DNA of 64,000 bases from Eubacteriales bacterium (GCA_045593885.1 JAZNXN010000033.1:1682-65681), one strand, 5' to 3'; shown: positions 48,531-58,973, counted from the stretch's first letter. The notes: generated by a model not told the origin, from the sequence alone. A program made the numbers and translations.

Positions 48531-48632
48531 GCGCACGTATTTTGGATGGATTTCGCCGTTCTTTTGCCCGAAGCTGTATGGAATACAGCGAGATTGGCAA
48601 AAAACGTCGGAAGACGCCGAAATACGAAGCCC
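48531..48632 (+). repeat. Dispersed hairpin repeat, copy 3
   Basis: Aligns end to end with 1632-1733; core CCGAAGCTGTAT-gga-ATACAGCGAG. Confidence 0.75.
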
Positions 48633-48633
48633 A

Positions 48634-49818
48634 CTAATTAGACCATGCTGAAGGGCAGGACCTATTTGCCTTGAACCACTCGCTATCCTTCAGCCGTATA
48701 TTATTTTTGGTAAATTTGAGCTTTAGGGTTGCTTGGGTTGACTCGACTATTACACAACCGTTCATCGAATCAAATGCCTTTTCCGACCAATTTGTCGAAA
48801 TGGTGGTCACGTAGACACGCGAGGTGTAGGGCGCTATACTGTCAATGAAGGTCTGCGAGGGGAATCTGTTCTCCGCCTTCGCTCCGTGGGGGTCTGCCCC
48901 CGCAACGCACTGAACGACGCATATTTCGGGCTGAACCACCGAAAGAAGAGTGTCACTCGACGAGGTCTTTGAGCCGTGGTGACCTGCCTTGAAAAGCACG
49001 ACCTTGGGCAGATCATTCATTTCAACCAGCTTTTCCTCACCCCTTATCGTATTGCCGTTTGCATCCTTCTCGCCTGTATTTTCAAGGTCGCCTGTAAACA
49101 GGAAGTTTCTCTCGCCCTGCTTTATCATACAGCAAACCGAGTAGTTGTTTTCGTTATCCGATTCATTGTAGTAATAATAGCTGTCGAGAATCTGCAGCTC
49201 CACGCCCTCGGACAGTGTAAACAGGCTCTTGTTCTCTGTCATGCACTGCTCTGCGGTGTAGTGAGTAGCGCCCGCCGCTATCTCGTCGGCAAGCTCACGC
49301 TGGAAATTCTTGTAGAGGTACGATGTATCCTTCTGATTGGTTTTCGAGAAGGTTATAATGATCTCACACTCATAGAGGTCGAATATACTGTCATCGTCCT
49401 CAGAGGTGGCAAAGCCTGCGTAATGGTCCTCGTGCGCGTGTGTGACTATAACGTATTCGAGAACGTTATCCGTCATCTGCTGATTCAGATAATTCTGAAT
49501 GGTAGGAACGCTCGAGGTCTCCGAGCCTGCGTCAATGAGTATATCGGTCTCCCCCGCCTTTATGTACACACAGTCGCCGGGATATGTGTTTCCGAGCTCA
49601 AGGAAGTGAATCTGTAAATTACCCGTCGCGGATAGCGAGGTTTCAACCACCTCCTCGGACGCAATCTCGTAGGTTTCGATACCAAAAATCTTGTTATACA
49701 AATCGGGCTTGAAGGTTTTGAGCAACCAAAGACCTACTATCGCTATAATGAGTATAACGGCAATTATCGCTATCGCCTTCGCTGTCAGCTTAACTTTGCT
49801 TTTCTTTCTTTTAGCCAT
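48634..49818 (-). CDS. Membrane-anchored metallo-beta-lactamase-fold hydrolase (ComEC/Rec2 C-terminal-like)
   Basis: GDC..I...ILIDAG, THAHEDH, ENNYS, FTGDL, GHHGS; single N-terminal TM helix. Confidence 0.85.
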   Translation of the reverse strand: MAKRKKSKVKLTAKAIAIIAVILIIAIVGLWLLKTFKPDLYNKIFGIETYEIASEEVVETSLSATGNLQIHFLELGNTYPGDCVYIKAGETDILIDAGSETSSVPTIQNYLNQQMTDNVLEYVIVTHAHEDHYAGFATSEDDDSIFDLYECEIIITFSKTNQKDTSYLYKNFQRELADEIAAGATHYTAEQCMTENKSLFTLSEGVELQILDSYYYYNESDNENNYSVCCMIKQGERNFLFTGDLENTGEKDANGNTIRGEEKLVEMNDLPKVVLFKAGHHGSKTSSSDTLLSVVQPEICVVQCVAGADPHGAKAENRFPSQTFIDSIAPYTSRVYVTTISTNWSEKAFDSMNGCVIVESTQATLKLKFTKNNIRLKDSEWFKANRSCPSAWSN

Positions 49819-49828
49819 AATTTTTCCT

Positions 49829-52201
49829 TTACTTAATTATTCCGCACTCAAAGCCCTCAAAATCGGGAAGCGTTTTCTTTATGAGTGCAACCGCATCAGG
49901 ATTCAGCGCGGTTTTTGAGTCCGAAATCAAGGGGGTGTCGCCGATTTTTGCATCCTTCAGCACAAGCTCGCTTTCTGCGGTCATATATCCGAGATTCATC
50001 TTACCATCTTGGGTTATGTACTTGTCAAGGATTCCGACACATACGTTGTCGTACACCCTCACGCAGTCGGTGGGAATGAGATGCTTGTACCAGAACATTT
50101 CGAGCGCGAGGCGGAACAAACGGTAGAGCTTTTCCTCCTCGCTCTTGCCCTCAACGTCGGCAAGGGCAGCGTTATATATGTCGGGAAACTCCTTCTGTAT
50201 GCAATCCCAGAGGCTGCCCTCGTAGATGCTTCCGTCAGGCATTTTGTGATTCCAGCCGATATCGGCAGCAAGAAGCCTCAATCTGCCCGTAACAATTGCA
50301 TCGGGAAGCCCCTGTGCCTTCAGCTCCTTTTTGAGAGTCTGTACCCTCGCTACGTTTTCGGGGGATACGAAATCGTACATTTTACCCCAGATAGTATCCT
50401 TGTATTTCTCTCTCCATGGGTCACAAAGGAAGCCTGCGGCGGCGAGATTATCGTACTGGCGGTGCTCGGGGCAGGAGGTGAGGGTATATGCGCCGAGCGC
50501 ATCTGCTATCCACTCCGCAATACCGAAGTTATACTGATGGTCCCAAGTGCCAAGGGAATATATTCTGTTACCGCCGATAAAGACATTGTTGTGAATGTGT
50601 GAGAAGGACTCGGAATGACACTTGACGGCGGTAAATTCCACCTTCTCCTCGCAGCCCTGGCATACGTTTTCAAATATGTTGTTGTAGATATCCGCGCCTG
50701 TTCCGCCGTCAGCGTAGAGGGCACTCGTGCCCCAGCTTGCACCCGCGTATCCGCAATCGTGCAGATAGTTGTTTCTGATTATCATGCCGAGGTTTGACGA
50801 GGACATCCCCCAGTAAATAGCACCCGCGTCGTCACAATCGCGAAGGGCATCGTGTAAATCGTTATTTTCGATAATAATATCGGATGAGTTGAACGCACGG
50901 ATAAGGCAGTGGGGGCTGTCGTATATTTCGTTGTTGCGAATGGTAACGCCCGCACTCTCCCATCCTATATTAATGCCCGTGTAGCAATGGGATATCTGCG
51001 CCACCTCGTGAATTTTACAGTTCTCAATGAGGAAATTTCCCGCGCGCAGCTTGAACCTCTCACCCACAAACTCAGTGTCGGTAATGCCGCAGCCAAAATC
51101 GTAGAAATGGCATCCGCGTACCGTTATATTGAACGCGCGGCGCAGCTGCATTGCCACCTGAGTTCCGTGTAAAAACTCGCAGTTTTCAACCGTTATATTG
51201 TGGGCGTCGGTCATCATAAATATCTTGCCGTGGGTGTACTTAGTCCTTATTCCCTCAAGCCTTATGTTTCTTACGTTTATATCGAAGGTAAACATCGTTT
51301 CGTCAAGAGTAGGCAGAACGATTTCTGTCTTATCTATACTCTTTTCGGGGATAAAGTACATTATTTTTTTGTCGTAGTCGATATAGTAATCTCCCACTTC
51401 CGAGAGCTCGTCAAGGACGTTATAGAGAAACAACCTTCTGTTCTTCGCAGGCCCTGTTTTGGGATGGTAGGTTATTCTCTGTGTGCTCTCAACATATCCC
51501 TTCTTGAGATTTACCGAGGAAATTTTTACGTCAGCCTCCGACCAGTCGTGAACGAAATAGCCCTGCATCCATAGGGTGTCGAACGCACCTCTGTCCCAAC
51601 GGCTCATCCGCGCCAATGTGTCGGCGTCAAGATAGGTTTTCCACGACCTGTCGCTGCTCTCGTAGCGCATGGGCGTAACATAGGGGCCCCACGAGTTTTT
51701 GTCTCCGCCCCTCTTTGGGTAGCGCGCCATTTCCATAGCCTTACCGTTCTGGTAGAAGCGGTTGGGGAAATGCCAGCGCGCGTGGCAACTGAAATTGTTG
51801 ACAAGGACATCTCCATAGTCCGAGAGATCTACCTGTAAAACCCTCCTTCTCGCACGCTTGTCGAGAATGCGCGAGAGTATTTTTTCGTCGGTTACAGGGG
51901 AAATTTTCTCCCTTGGTATTGCTCTGCCGCCGAAAAAGGTTACCTTTTCCTTCTTATACGCCCTGTAAATTATGGGGGTATCGGTGCTTTTTCCTCCGTC
52001 GTCACAGTTGAACAGTATTCCGCGGTCAGGATAATAGTCGCCGCCGCGGATATTTACCGTCACCTGCATACCGCTGTCGCGGTATTTTCTTATGCGTTTT
52101 TTTGCCGCCTCCAGAGTTTTGAGGGGACTCTCAATGCTACCGTCGTTTTTGTCGCAGCCGTTTGTGGCAATGAAGATGTTATAATTTTTCATATTTTTCA
52201 T
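49829..52201 (-). CDS. Right-handed parallel beta-helix protein (GH141-like), paralog 3
   Basis: IATNGCDKNDGSIESPLKTLEAA, IRGGDY, ARYP, N.LDEL...G.YYID, DAGAIY, YADG. Confidence 0.75.
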   Translation of the reverse strand: MKNMKNYNIFIATNGCDKNDGSIESPLKTLEAAKKRIRKYRDSGMQVTVNIRGGDYYPDRGILFNCDDGGKSTDTPIIYRAYKKEKVTFFGGRAIPREKISPVTDEKILSRILDKRARRRVLQVDLSDYGDVLVNNFSCHARWHFPNRFYQNGKAMEMARYPKRGGDKNSWGPYVTPMRYESSDRSWKTYLDADTLARMSRWDRGAFDTLWMQGYFVHDWSEADVKISSVNLKKGYVESTQRITYHPKTGPAKNRRLFLYNVLDELSEVGDYYIDYDKKIMYFIPEKSIDKTEIVLPTLDETMFTFDINVRNIRLEGIRTKYTHGKIFMMTDAHNITVENCEFLHGTQVAMQLRRAFNITVRGCHFYDFGCGITDTEFVGERFKLRAGNFLIENCKIHEVAQISHCYTGINIGWESAGVTIRNNEIYDSPHCLIRAFNSSDIIIENNDLHDALRDCDDAGAIYWGMSSSNLGMIIRNNYLHDCGYAGASWGTSALYADGGTGADIYNNIFENVCQGCEEKVEFTAVKCHSESFSHIHNNVFIGGNRIYSLGTWDHQYNFGIAEWIADALGAYTLTSCPEHRQYDNLAAAGFLCDPWREKYKDTIWGKMYDFVSPENVARVQTLKKELKAQGLPDAIVTGRLRLLAADIGWNHKMPDGSIYEGSLWDCIQKEFPDIYNAALADVEGKSEEEKLYRLFRLALEMFWYKHLIPTDCVRVYDNVCVGILDKYITQDGKMNLGYMTAESELVLKDAKIGDTPLISDSKTALNPDAVALIKKTLPDFEGFECGIIK

Positions 52202-52217
52202 TCTCCTGAAATATTTT

Positions 52218-54596
52218 TTATTTCATAAGATCAAGCTCGAAGGGAACAAACTCGGGAAGCTTTTCCTTGATATACGCAATAGCCCCGTCGCTCATAGCGA
52301 AGGTTCTTCTGTCCTTGAACAAGGGCTCGCCGTTAACCGTTTCGTCCTCGAGCAGAAGCTCGGTTTTTGCCTGATAGAAGCCCAGCTTCACCTTGCCGTT
52401 GTCCGCGATATGATGGGGGTGTGTCGCCACGCAGATATTGCCGTGAGTTTCCACCGTATGCTCGGGAACGAGGTGACCGAAGAAATAAAGCTCCCGCACG
52501 AGCAACTCCTCTCTCTTGAGAACCTCATACTCGCTCGACGAGTCGATTTCACCCATTGCCTTATCGTAAAGCTCCTTGAACACGGTTTTCATACATTCCA
52601 CGAGGTCACCCTCATAAACCGTTCCGTCGGGGAATTTGTGATTCCAGAAGTCTGCGTAAATTTCAACCATTAGCTTGTAGCAGGCGGTTTCGCGCTCCAT
52701 ACCGCTGTTAACGTACTCATTCAGCCTGTTCTGATATTTCGCGCAGGTTTCTGCGTTTACAATACTCCACATTCTCTCCCAGTTCGTGCCCTTGAAACGA
52801 TCTCTCCATATATGGCTGAAATATCCGTCATAGGAAAGATGGTCGAAGCGTTTTACCCAGCTGCTCTTAGCGTAAATTCCCAAAATAGGGGGCAGCCAAC
52901 CTGTAATTCCTGTATTGCGAACATTGTCCCACGTTCCTATTCTGTGGTACACGCCACGGGTGAGGAATACGTTATTGTGAATATGAGAAAAGCTCTCTCC
53001 CGAAGCCTTTACGCAAATGAACTGACCGTTTTCGGACTGTGCATGGTTTTCAAACACGTTGTTGTATATATCCGCGCCCACGGCACCGTCATCGGTATAT
53101 ATTCCCGCGACGCCCCAGGTTGCGAAGTCGTTACCCCAATCGTGAAAATAGTTGTTTCTTATAACGAGGCCGAGGCACGCGGCATCTCTGCCCCAATAGA
53201 TAACACTCGCGTCGTCGCAGTCGCGCACCGCGTTGAAGAATTCGTTGTTTTCAACAACCGAGTCAATGCAGGAAAGACCTATGAGATAGTGAGGGGAATT
53301 GTAGAATTTATTTCCCCTGATTGTAAAGCCGCAGGTTTCATATCCGAGGTTTATACAGCCTGTGTAGCAATGGTTGATTCTCGTCGTGTCGTGCATTTCG
53401 CAGCCCTCGATGAGTATTTCCGCCGAGCGCAAATCACCCCTCTGACCGCAGCATTCCGCATTTATTCCGCCAAATCCGAAATCGTATATCTTACAGTTCT
53501 TGATATTGACCTTGAAGGCGCGGCGCAGGGTTATTGCCCTCTGCGTTCCGTGTGCAAATTCACAGCCCTCAATCGTTACCGGGCCCCACGAGGGACCGTT
53601 CAGCTCAACGATATCAATAACTCTGCCGCGGGTGTAGGCGGTGTTGATGTTTCTGAACACAAGGTTCATAACCGACATTCCGAAGTAGAACATTGTTTCG
53701 TCGAGAGTCGGGAAAATTATCTCGGTTTTCTCAATGCTCTTTTCTGGGATAAAGTACATTATTTCCTTATCGTAGTCGATGTAGTACTCTCCGGGCTTTG
53801 ACAGCTCGTCAAGGACGTTTGAAATAAATACTCGGCGGCGGTTGTCGCCGTCCTCGGGGTTGTAGCTGTGGATTTTTCCCCTTGTGCGAACATATCCGCG
53901 ATCAATATTTACCGATCTCGCCCTCTCGGTGCTGCAGGTCCATTCAACGCTGAAATATCCCTCTACGAAAAGCTCGCTGTACGAGGACGGATGCCACATT
54001 TTCATTCTCTCGACTGCTTCGTTTTCAAGATATATGAATCTGTCGCCGTTTTTCGCGGTCTTATATCCCTTCGTGAAGGTATAGGGACCCCATACGGAAG
54101 GGTCATCGCACCTCTTGGGCCAGCGCGCGAGCTCCATTGCCTTGCCGTTCATATAAAGCTCTATCGGAAAATTGCGGCGGTGGTATGCGTGACGGTCATG
54201 CTCCCTCATCAGATAATCCGAATAATCCGACAGGTCTACCTGTAAAACCTTCTTCCTCGCCTTTTTGTCAATAATGCGTGAGAGAACAGCCTCGTCGGTT
54301 ACGCGAGAGATTTTTTCATTCGGTATCCTCCTTCCGCCGTGGAAGGTTACCCTCTCGTTTCTGTACGACTGACATATAGTAGGATAGCGCTCATCAATTC
54401 CTCCGTCATCCGCACCGAAGAAGGTGGTGCGGTCAGGATAATAGTCGCCGCCCCTGACGTTTATAATTATCTGGTGGTCGTATCTGTACTTACGCGCTCG
54501 CTTGTTTGCCTCGGTTATCGTGGCGAGAGGGCTGTCAATAGTTCCTTTATTTTTGTCATTTCCGTTGGTCGCTACGAACAAGGTGTATTTTTTCAT
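52218..54596 (-). CDS. Right-handed parallel beta-helix protein (GH141-like), paralog 2
   Basis: Same motif series as its neighbours; ARWP, DDASVIYWG, IYTDDG. Confidence 0.75.
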   Translation of the reverse strand: MKKYTLFVATNGNDKNKGTIDSPLATITEANKRARKYRYDHQIIINVRGGDYYPDRTTFFGADDGGIDERYPTICQSYRNERVTFHGGRRIPNEKISRVTDEAVLSRIIDKKARKKVLQVDLSDYSDYLMREHDRHAYHRRNFPIELYMNGKAMELARWPKRCDDPSVWGPYTFTKGYKTAKNGDRFIYLENEAVERMKMWHPSSYSELFVEGYFSVEWTCSTERARSVNIDRGYVRTRGKIHSYNPEDGDNRRRVFISNVLDELSKPGEYYIDYDKEIMYFIPEKSIEKTEIIFPTLDETMFYFGMSVMNLVFRNINTAYTRGRVIDIVELNGPSWGPVTIEGCEFAHGTQRAITLRRAFKVNIKNCKIYDFGFGGINAECCGQRGDLRSAEILIEGCEMHDTTRINHCYTGCINLGYETCGFTIRGNKFYNSPHYLIGLSCIDSVVENNEFFNAVRDCDDASVIYWGRDAACLGLVIRNNYFHDWGNDFATWGVAGIYTDDGAVGADIYNNVFENHAQSENGQFICVKASGESFSHIHNNVFLTRGVYHRIGTWDNVRNTGITGWLPPILGIYAKSSWVKRFDHLSYDGYFSHIWRDRFKGTNWERMWSIVNAETCAKYQNRLNEYVNSGMERETACYKLMVEIYADFWNHKFPDGTVYEGDLVECMKTVFKELYDKAMGEIDSSSEYEVLKREELLVRELYFFGHLVPEHTVETHGNICVATHPHHIADNGKVKLGFYQAKTELLLEDETVNGEPLFKDRRTFAMSDGAIAYIKEKLPEFVPFELDLMK

Positions 54597-54641
54597 GATA
54601 TTTTCCCTTCCTAAAATCCCTAAGTATGTTGCCTTATAAAA

Positions 54642-57017
54642 TCACCTTTTAAGTCCGACTTCGGACAGGTCAAACGGCACGAAATCGGGTAGCTTTTCCT
54701 TAATATATGCTATTGCCTCGTCTGTCATGGCGAAGGTTTTTTCGTCCTTGAACATAGGCTTGCCGTTTACCGTAGCCTCGCTCATAATGAGCTCGGTTTT
54801 TGCCTGATAGCAGCCGAGCTTTGCCTTGCCGTTTTCGGAAATGTACTGAGGCAGCATTCCTATTGCGATGTTGTCGTGGGTGTCCACCGTGTGATTGGGC
54901 ACAAGATGTGCAAAAAAGAACAGCTCGCGGGTGAGCAGATGGAGTCTTGCCAGCACCTCGAGCTCACTCTTGCCCTCAACCTCAGCCATAGCCTTGTCGT
55001 AGAGGTCGGTGAACTTTTCCTTGATACAGTCGAAAAGGTCGCCCTCGTAGATTGTACCGTCGGGCAGCTTATGATTCCATATTATGCTGTCAACCGTCAT
55101 CGTTGCTCTCGCATTTGCGAGCAGCTCGTCGCATCCGTCGGCGAGCGCTTCTGCCTTCGTCTTGTAAATCTTAGCATAATTTTCAGGGGTAAAGAATTTG
55201 TACATTCTCTCCCAGTTAGTGCCTGCAAACGCCTGCTTCCAGCGCTGAGTATAGAAGCCCTCCGAGGTCATCTCGTCATACCAGCGGTGTCCGCCCTCGG
55301 TCATATACATACCGAACATTGCGGGCATTGAATCTGCAATTCCGCAGTTGTGTACATTATCCCACGTACCTATTTTATGGTAGAGCGAGCCTGAAATAAA
55401 GATATTGTTGTGAACGTGCGAGAAGCTCTCCGCCGATGCCTTGAGCGAGGTGAATTCGGGACAGTCGTCCTTCATACTATTTACAAATATGTTGTTGTAC
55501 ATATCGGGGCCAATAGCTCCGTCATCAGCGTAGATGCACGCAACGCCCCAGGTTGCCTGCTCGTTGCCCCAATCGTGAAAGTAGTTGTTTCTTATCGTGA
55601 CTCCAAGGGAAACCTTCGTCCTTCCCCAATAGATGACGCTCGCATCGTCGCAATCGCGCGCCGAATCATAGAACTCGTTGTTTTCAATCAGCACGTCGGT
55701 GGTGTGACCTGTTCCGAGGAGCAGGTGTGAGGCTCCGTGGAGCTTGCAGTTTCTCACGGTTACACCGCAGGTGCCGTACGAGAAGGACACGCCCGTGTAG
55801 CAGCGGGATACATTGGATACGTACGCAATCTCGCAGTTTTCAATGAGTATGTTTGCACGGTTAAGGTGGTTTACCTCTCCCGAGAACTGTGATTCGAATG
55901 CACCGTAGCCGAAATCGTGAATATAGCAGCCGCGCACGGTTATGTTGGTCGAGCGACGGACCCTTATTGCCATCTGCGTTCCGTGAACCATCTCCGCGTT
56001 CTCAATTCTGATATTCGAGGAATCGTTCATCATAACTATCGTGCCGTGGGTGTACGCGGTATTTATGCCCGACAAAACGATATTCTTTGCGTAAATTCCG
56101 AACGCAAACATCGTGTCCTCGAAGGTGGGAACTATTATTTCCGTCTTATCTATGCTCCTGGACGGAACGAAGTACATAACCATTTTATCGTAGTCTATGT
56201 AGTACTCGCCCGGCTTTGACAGCTCGTCGAGGATGTTATAGAGATATACGCGCCTCGGCGGATTAAATTCACCCGTTGCCGGCTCATAGGTAACCTTCTG
56301 TGTGGATTTAAGGCAGCCCCTCTTGAAATCAACGCTGTCAATCTTTACGTAATCGTTGCACCAATTGTGCGTTATGTAGCCTGAGAGCCACAAATCCTTG
56401 ATAACGGACTTGTCCCAGAGCTTCATTCTGTCCATAGTGTCCTTATCCATAAAGTGAAGCCTGCCCTTGTCAAGCGCCTCGGAGGCAACGGTTCCCGCAT
56501 AGGGGCCCCACTTAGCGAGGTCATCTCCGCGCTTCGGCCAGCGCGCAAGCTCCATATATTTTCCGTTCTGATAGAAAATGTTGGGAAAATGAGCACGGCT
56601 GTCGTTAGACCACGCAAACAGAGGCTTTATATGGTCGACTATATCCGAAAGGTCAACCTGAAGGAGCTTCTTTGCCGCCTTCTTGTCAATTATACGGGAA
56701 AGCACCGACTCGTCGGTGACGCGCGAAATCTTATCCTTCGGTATCGGACGTCCGCCAAAAAAGGTTACCTTTTCATTTCTATATGCCCTGTAAACTATGG
56801 GGTTATCGGTGGAAATTCCGCCATCGTCCGCACTGAACCACACGGTTTTTTGAGGGTAGTAATCACCGCCACGGATGTTTACGGTGATTTTCGCACCTGT
56901 GTCGCGGTATTTCTTAACCCTCTTTTTCGCTTCCTCGATAGTGGCAAGAGGCGCACCTATCGAGCCATCGTTCTCGTCGCTACCGTTTGTCGCTACAAAA
57001 ACCTGATACTTTTTCAT
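54642..57017 (-). CDS. Right-handed parallel beta-helix protein (GH141-like), paralog 1
   Basis: Same motif series; ARWP, DDASVIYWG, IYADDG. Confidence 0.75.
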   Translation of the reverse strand: MKKYQVFVATNGSDENDGSIGAPLATIEEAKKRVKKYRDTGAKITVNIRGGDYYPQKTVWFSADDGGISTDNPIVYRAYRNEKVTFFGGRPIPKDKISRVTDESVLSRIIDKKAAKKLLQVDLSDIVDHIKPLFAWSNDSRAHFPNIFYQNGKYMELARWPKRGDDLAKWGPYAGTVASEALDKGRLHFMDKDTMDRMKLWDKSVIKDLWLSGYITHNWCNDYVKIDSVDFKRGCLKSTQKVTYEPATGEFNPPRRVYLYNILDELSKPGEYYIDYDKMVMYFVPSRSIDKTEIIVPTFEDTMFAFGIYAKNIVLSGINTAYTHGTIVMMNDSSNIRIENAEMVHGTQMAIRVRRSTNITVRGCYIHDFGYGAFESQFSGEVNHLNRANILIENCEIAYVSNVSRCYTGVSFSYGTCGVTVRNCKLHGASHLLLGTGHTTDVLIENNEFYDSARDCDDASVIYWGRTKVSLGVTIRNNYFHDWGNEQATWGVACIYADDGAIGPDMYNNIFVNSMKDDCPEFTSLKASAESFSHVHNNIFISGSLYHKIGTWDNVHNCGIADSMPAMFGMYMTEGGHRWYDEMTSEGFYTQRWKQAFAGTNWERMYKFFTPENYAKIYKTKAEALADGCDELLANARATMTVDSIIWNHKLPDGTIYEGDLFDCIKEKFTDLYDKAMAEVEGKSELEVLARLHLLTRELFFFAHLVPNHTVDTHDNIAIGMLPQYISENGKAKLGCYQAKTELIMSEATVNGKPMFKDEKTFAMTDEAIAYIKEKLPDFVPFDLSEVGLKR

Positions 57018-57337
57018 AGTTAATTCCTCGCTTAAATATTTTATTGCTTTTAATTTAATATCTTTTCACTCACGCACACGTACGCGCATGCGCTTGTTAC
57101 GACCATTATTACATAAACAAGCGGAAAAAACAAGCCTTTTCGCAAAATTAAAAAAACTTTGGCAGGTTGCACAATTTTTACCGTTTATTTTTGTAAACAA
57201 TGCCTTCTTTTTATCAGCGAGTATAGCAAAGAGCGGCAGGCAGAGCCTAACAATACCCCTAAGCTTGAATTACAGCACCGAGCGGAAAAGCAGCAATGAA
57301 ATAAAAAAGTAAAACGGTGAGGAAAAAGCCCAGAAAG

Positions 57338-57360
57338 AAAAGCCGTGCGCTCGGCACGGC
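57338..57360 (-). terminator. Terminator after the serine hydrolase gene
   Basis: GCCGTGC-loop-GCACGGC with a U-run on the minus strand. Confidence 0.65.
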
Positions 57361-57386
57361 ACAAATCCGTCGGCGCACGGTGTAAG

Positions 57387-58829
57387 TTATTTATCGAATC
57401 TTCCGCGTACAGTATTCAGGGCAATTTTTGCGCCCTCGCGGTCAAACACAGCATCTATTTTGAACATCGTCATCGAGGCAAGAAGGTGGGTGGTAACTAT
57501 CAGATGTCCCGGCTGCTCCCAATAGAACGAGGATGCAAATTTTGAATTGTCGCACTCGTCCATGTGGCAGAACGATGTCTTAATCGGCTCGTCGGTAAGG
57601 GCGAAACCATTTCGTCCTGCGGGGTAAATTATACGCATGCCGTCGGAAAGTGTTGCATCAACAGTCAACGTATCACCCTCAAAATTGAAGGAAATTTCCG
57701 AAAGATTAGCGAGCTCTGACGTAAACCTTTGTTTACAAATAGCGCTTTCAATGGGTGATTTTGTGGAATTTATGCGGTTAACCGTGAGCTCAGACAGGGT
57801 TTTCTGCATTTTTTCCTGCTCTGTCGGGTTTTCGGGAAGGAAGTTTACGTCACCCCTCATTTTCGACATTATCATATCGTAGAATATGGGCACGACGAAC
57901 TGAATTTTCTCATTATCTGTTCCGCCCTGATAGACGAACAGCGCGTCAAGGTCGGGCATAACTATACAGAACTGACCGTATGCACCGCAGAAGCGGAAGG
58001 TGTTGTGTCTGCCGCGCCAGAACTGATAGCAGTATCCCTGCTGCCAATCTATTCCCGTGCCGCAATTTTCTGTTCCAACGTGCGCCCTCGTTGCATTCTC
58101 GCACCACTCGCGAGAGAGAAGCTGCTCGCCGTTCCACATGCCCTTGTCAAGATAGAACTGACCGAGCCTTGCTATCTGTTCCTGAGTAAACCTCATACCC
58201 GAATCCGCCCAGATAAGGCCCAACTCCGTTCTCGGCGTGGGTGGTACGGGCATTCCGAGCTTTTTGAAAAGGCGGTCATTCAGGTAATCGAGTATATCCA
58301 TACCCGTCACCCTGTTTACGAGTGCAGCCAGTGTATGCGTGAGCGAGCCGTTGTAGCCGAAAACGCTTCCCACTGGATGTACTATCGGATTTTCAAAGAA
58401 GGCTCTCACTCTGTCGGGTGCTTTCTTGGCGCCCGAGCCCTTATGTACAATTTCTCCCTTCTGTCCCACTCTCATGGAAAGAAGGTCCTCAACGGTTACC
58501 TCGAGCATCTCCTCTTGTATGTTTTCGGGGAGCTTGTCGGGGAAATAGTCCGCGATTTTATCGGTAACCTTCAAAAGCCCCTCCTGAACGCAGAAGCCGA
58601 TAGCGGTTGAGGTGAAGGACTTGCTGACCGAGCATACCATCTGCGGCGTTGTGTCGTCAAACGGTGCATATATTGCCTTCGCCAAGAGCTTTTTGTGCCT
58701 ATAAAGAGCCCAGCCGTGAGGTACCTGGTCGGGCAGCTGCCTTGCCAGCTCGGCTGCGAAGTCGGATATCCATTCGCTACTGACTCCGCAGCTCTCGGGG
58801 GTGGCGGGTGTAAAATACTTGATTTCCAT
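57387..58829 (-). CDS. Serine hydrolase, beta-lactamase class C/NylB-like family
   Basis: SVSKS (SxxK), LLSM..G, FGYNG, GQFYL.KG.WNG.QLL, GYCYQFW, GAYGQ; start at ATG 58829 after RBS GAGG. Confidence 0.85.
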   Translation of the reverse strand: MEIKYFTPATPESCGVSSEWISDFAAELARQLPDQVPHGWALYRHKKLLAKAIYAPFDDTTPQMVCSVSKSFTSTAIGFCVQEGLLKVTDKIADYFPDKLPENIQEEMLEVTVEDLLSMRVGQKGEIVHKGSGAKKAPDRVRAFFENPIVHPVGSVFGYNGSLTHTLAALVNRVTGMDILDYLNDRLFKKLGMPVPPTPRTELGLIWADSGMRFTQEQIARLGQFYLDKGMWNGEQLLSREWCENATRAHVGTENCGTGIDWQQGYCYQFWRGRHNTFRFCGAYGQFCIVMPDLDALFVYQGGTDNEKIQFVVPIFYDMIMSKMRGDVNFLPENPTEQEKMQKTLSELTVNRINSTKSPIESAICKQRFTSELANLSEISFNFEGDTLTVDATLSDGMRIIYPAGRNGFALTDEPIKTSFCHMDECDNSKFASSFYWEQPGHLIVTTHLLASMTMFKIDAVFDREGAKIALNTVRGRFDK

Positions 58830-58866
58830 AGAAAAATCCTCGCTATTCTGACAGTTTACAAGATTA

Positions 58867-58942
58867 ATTATAACGGCAAAATACAAAGTTGTCAAGGAAG
58901 GTGAACAGAATACTTGACAAAAAAATTAAAAAGTTATAAAAT
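58867..58942. promoter_or_regulatory. Back-to-back sigma-A promoters
   Basis: Minus strand TTGACA-17-TATAAT (58895-58867); plus strand TTGACA-17-TAAAAT (58914-58942). Confidence 0.75.
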
Positions 58943-58973
58943 AATAGTGTAAGGTTTGTCTTTTGGAGGAAAT

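Noticed and set aside
48634-49818. comEC DNA-uptake channel linked to the GTA-like cassette
   Set aside because: Only the MBL-fold domain and one TM helix are present; the multi-TM competence domain is absent
57387-58829. Antibiotic-resistance beta-lactamase
   Set aside because: No signal peptide, and the motifs fit cytoplasmic NylB/esterase-like serine hydrolases
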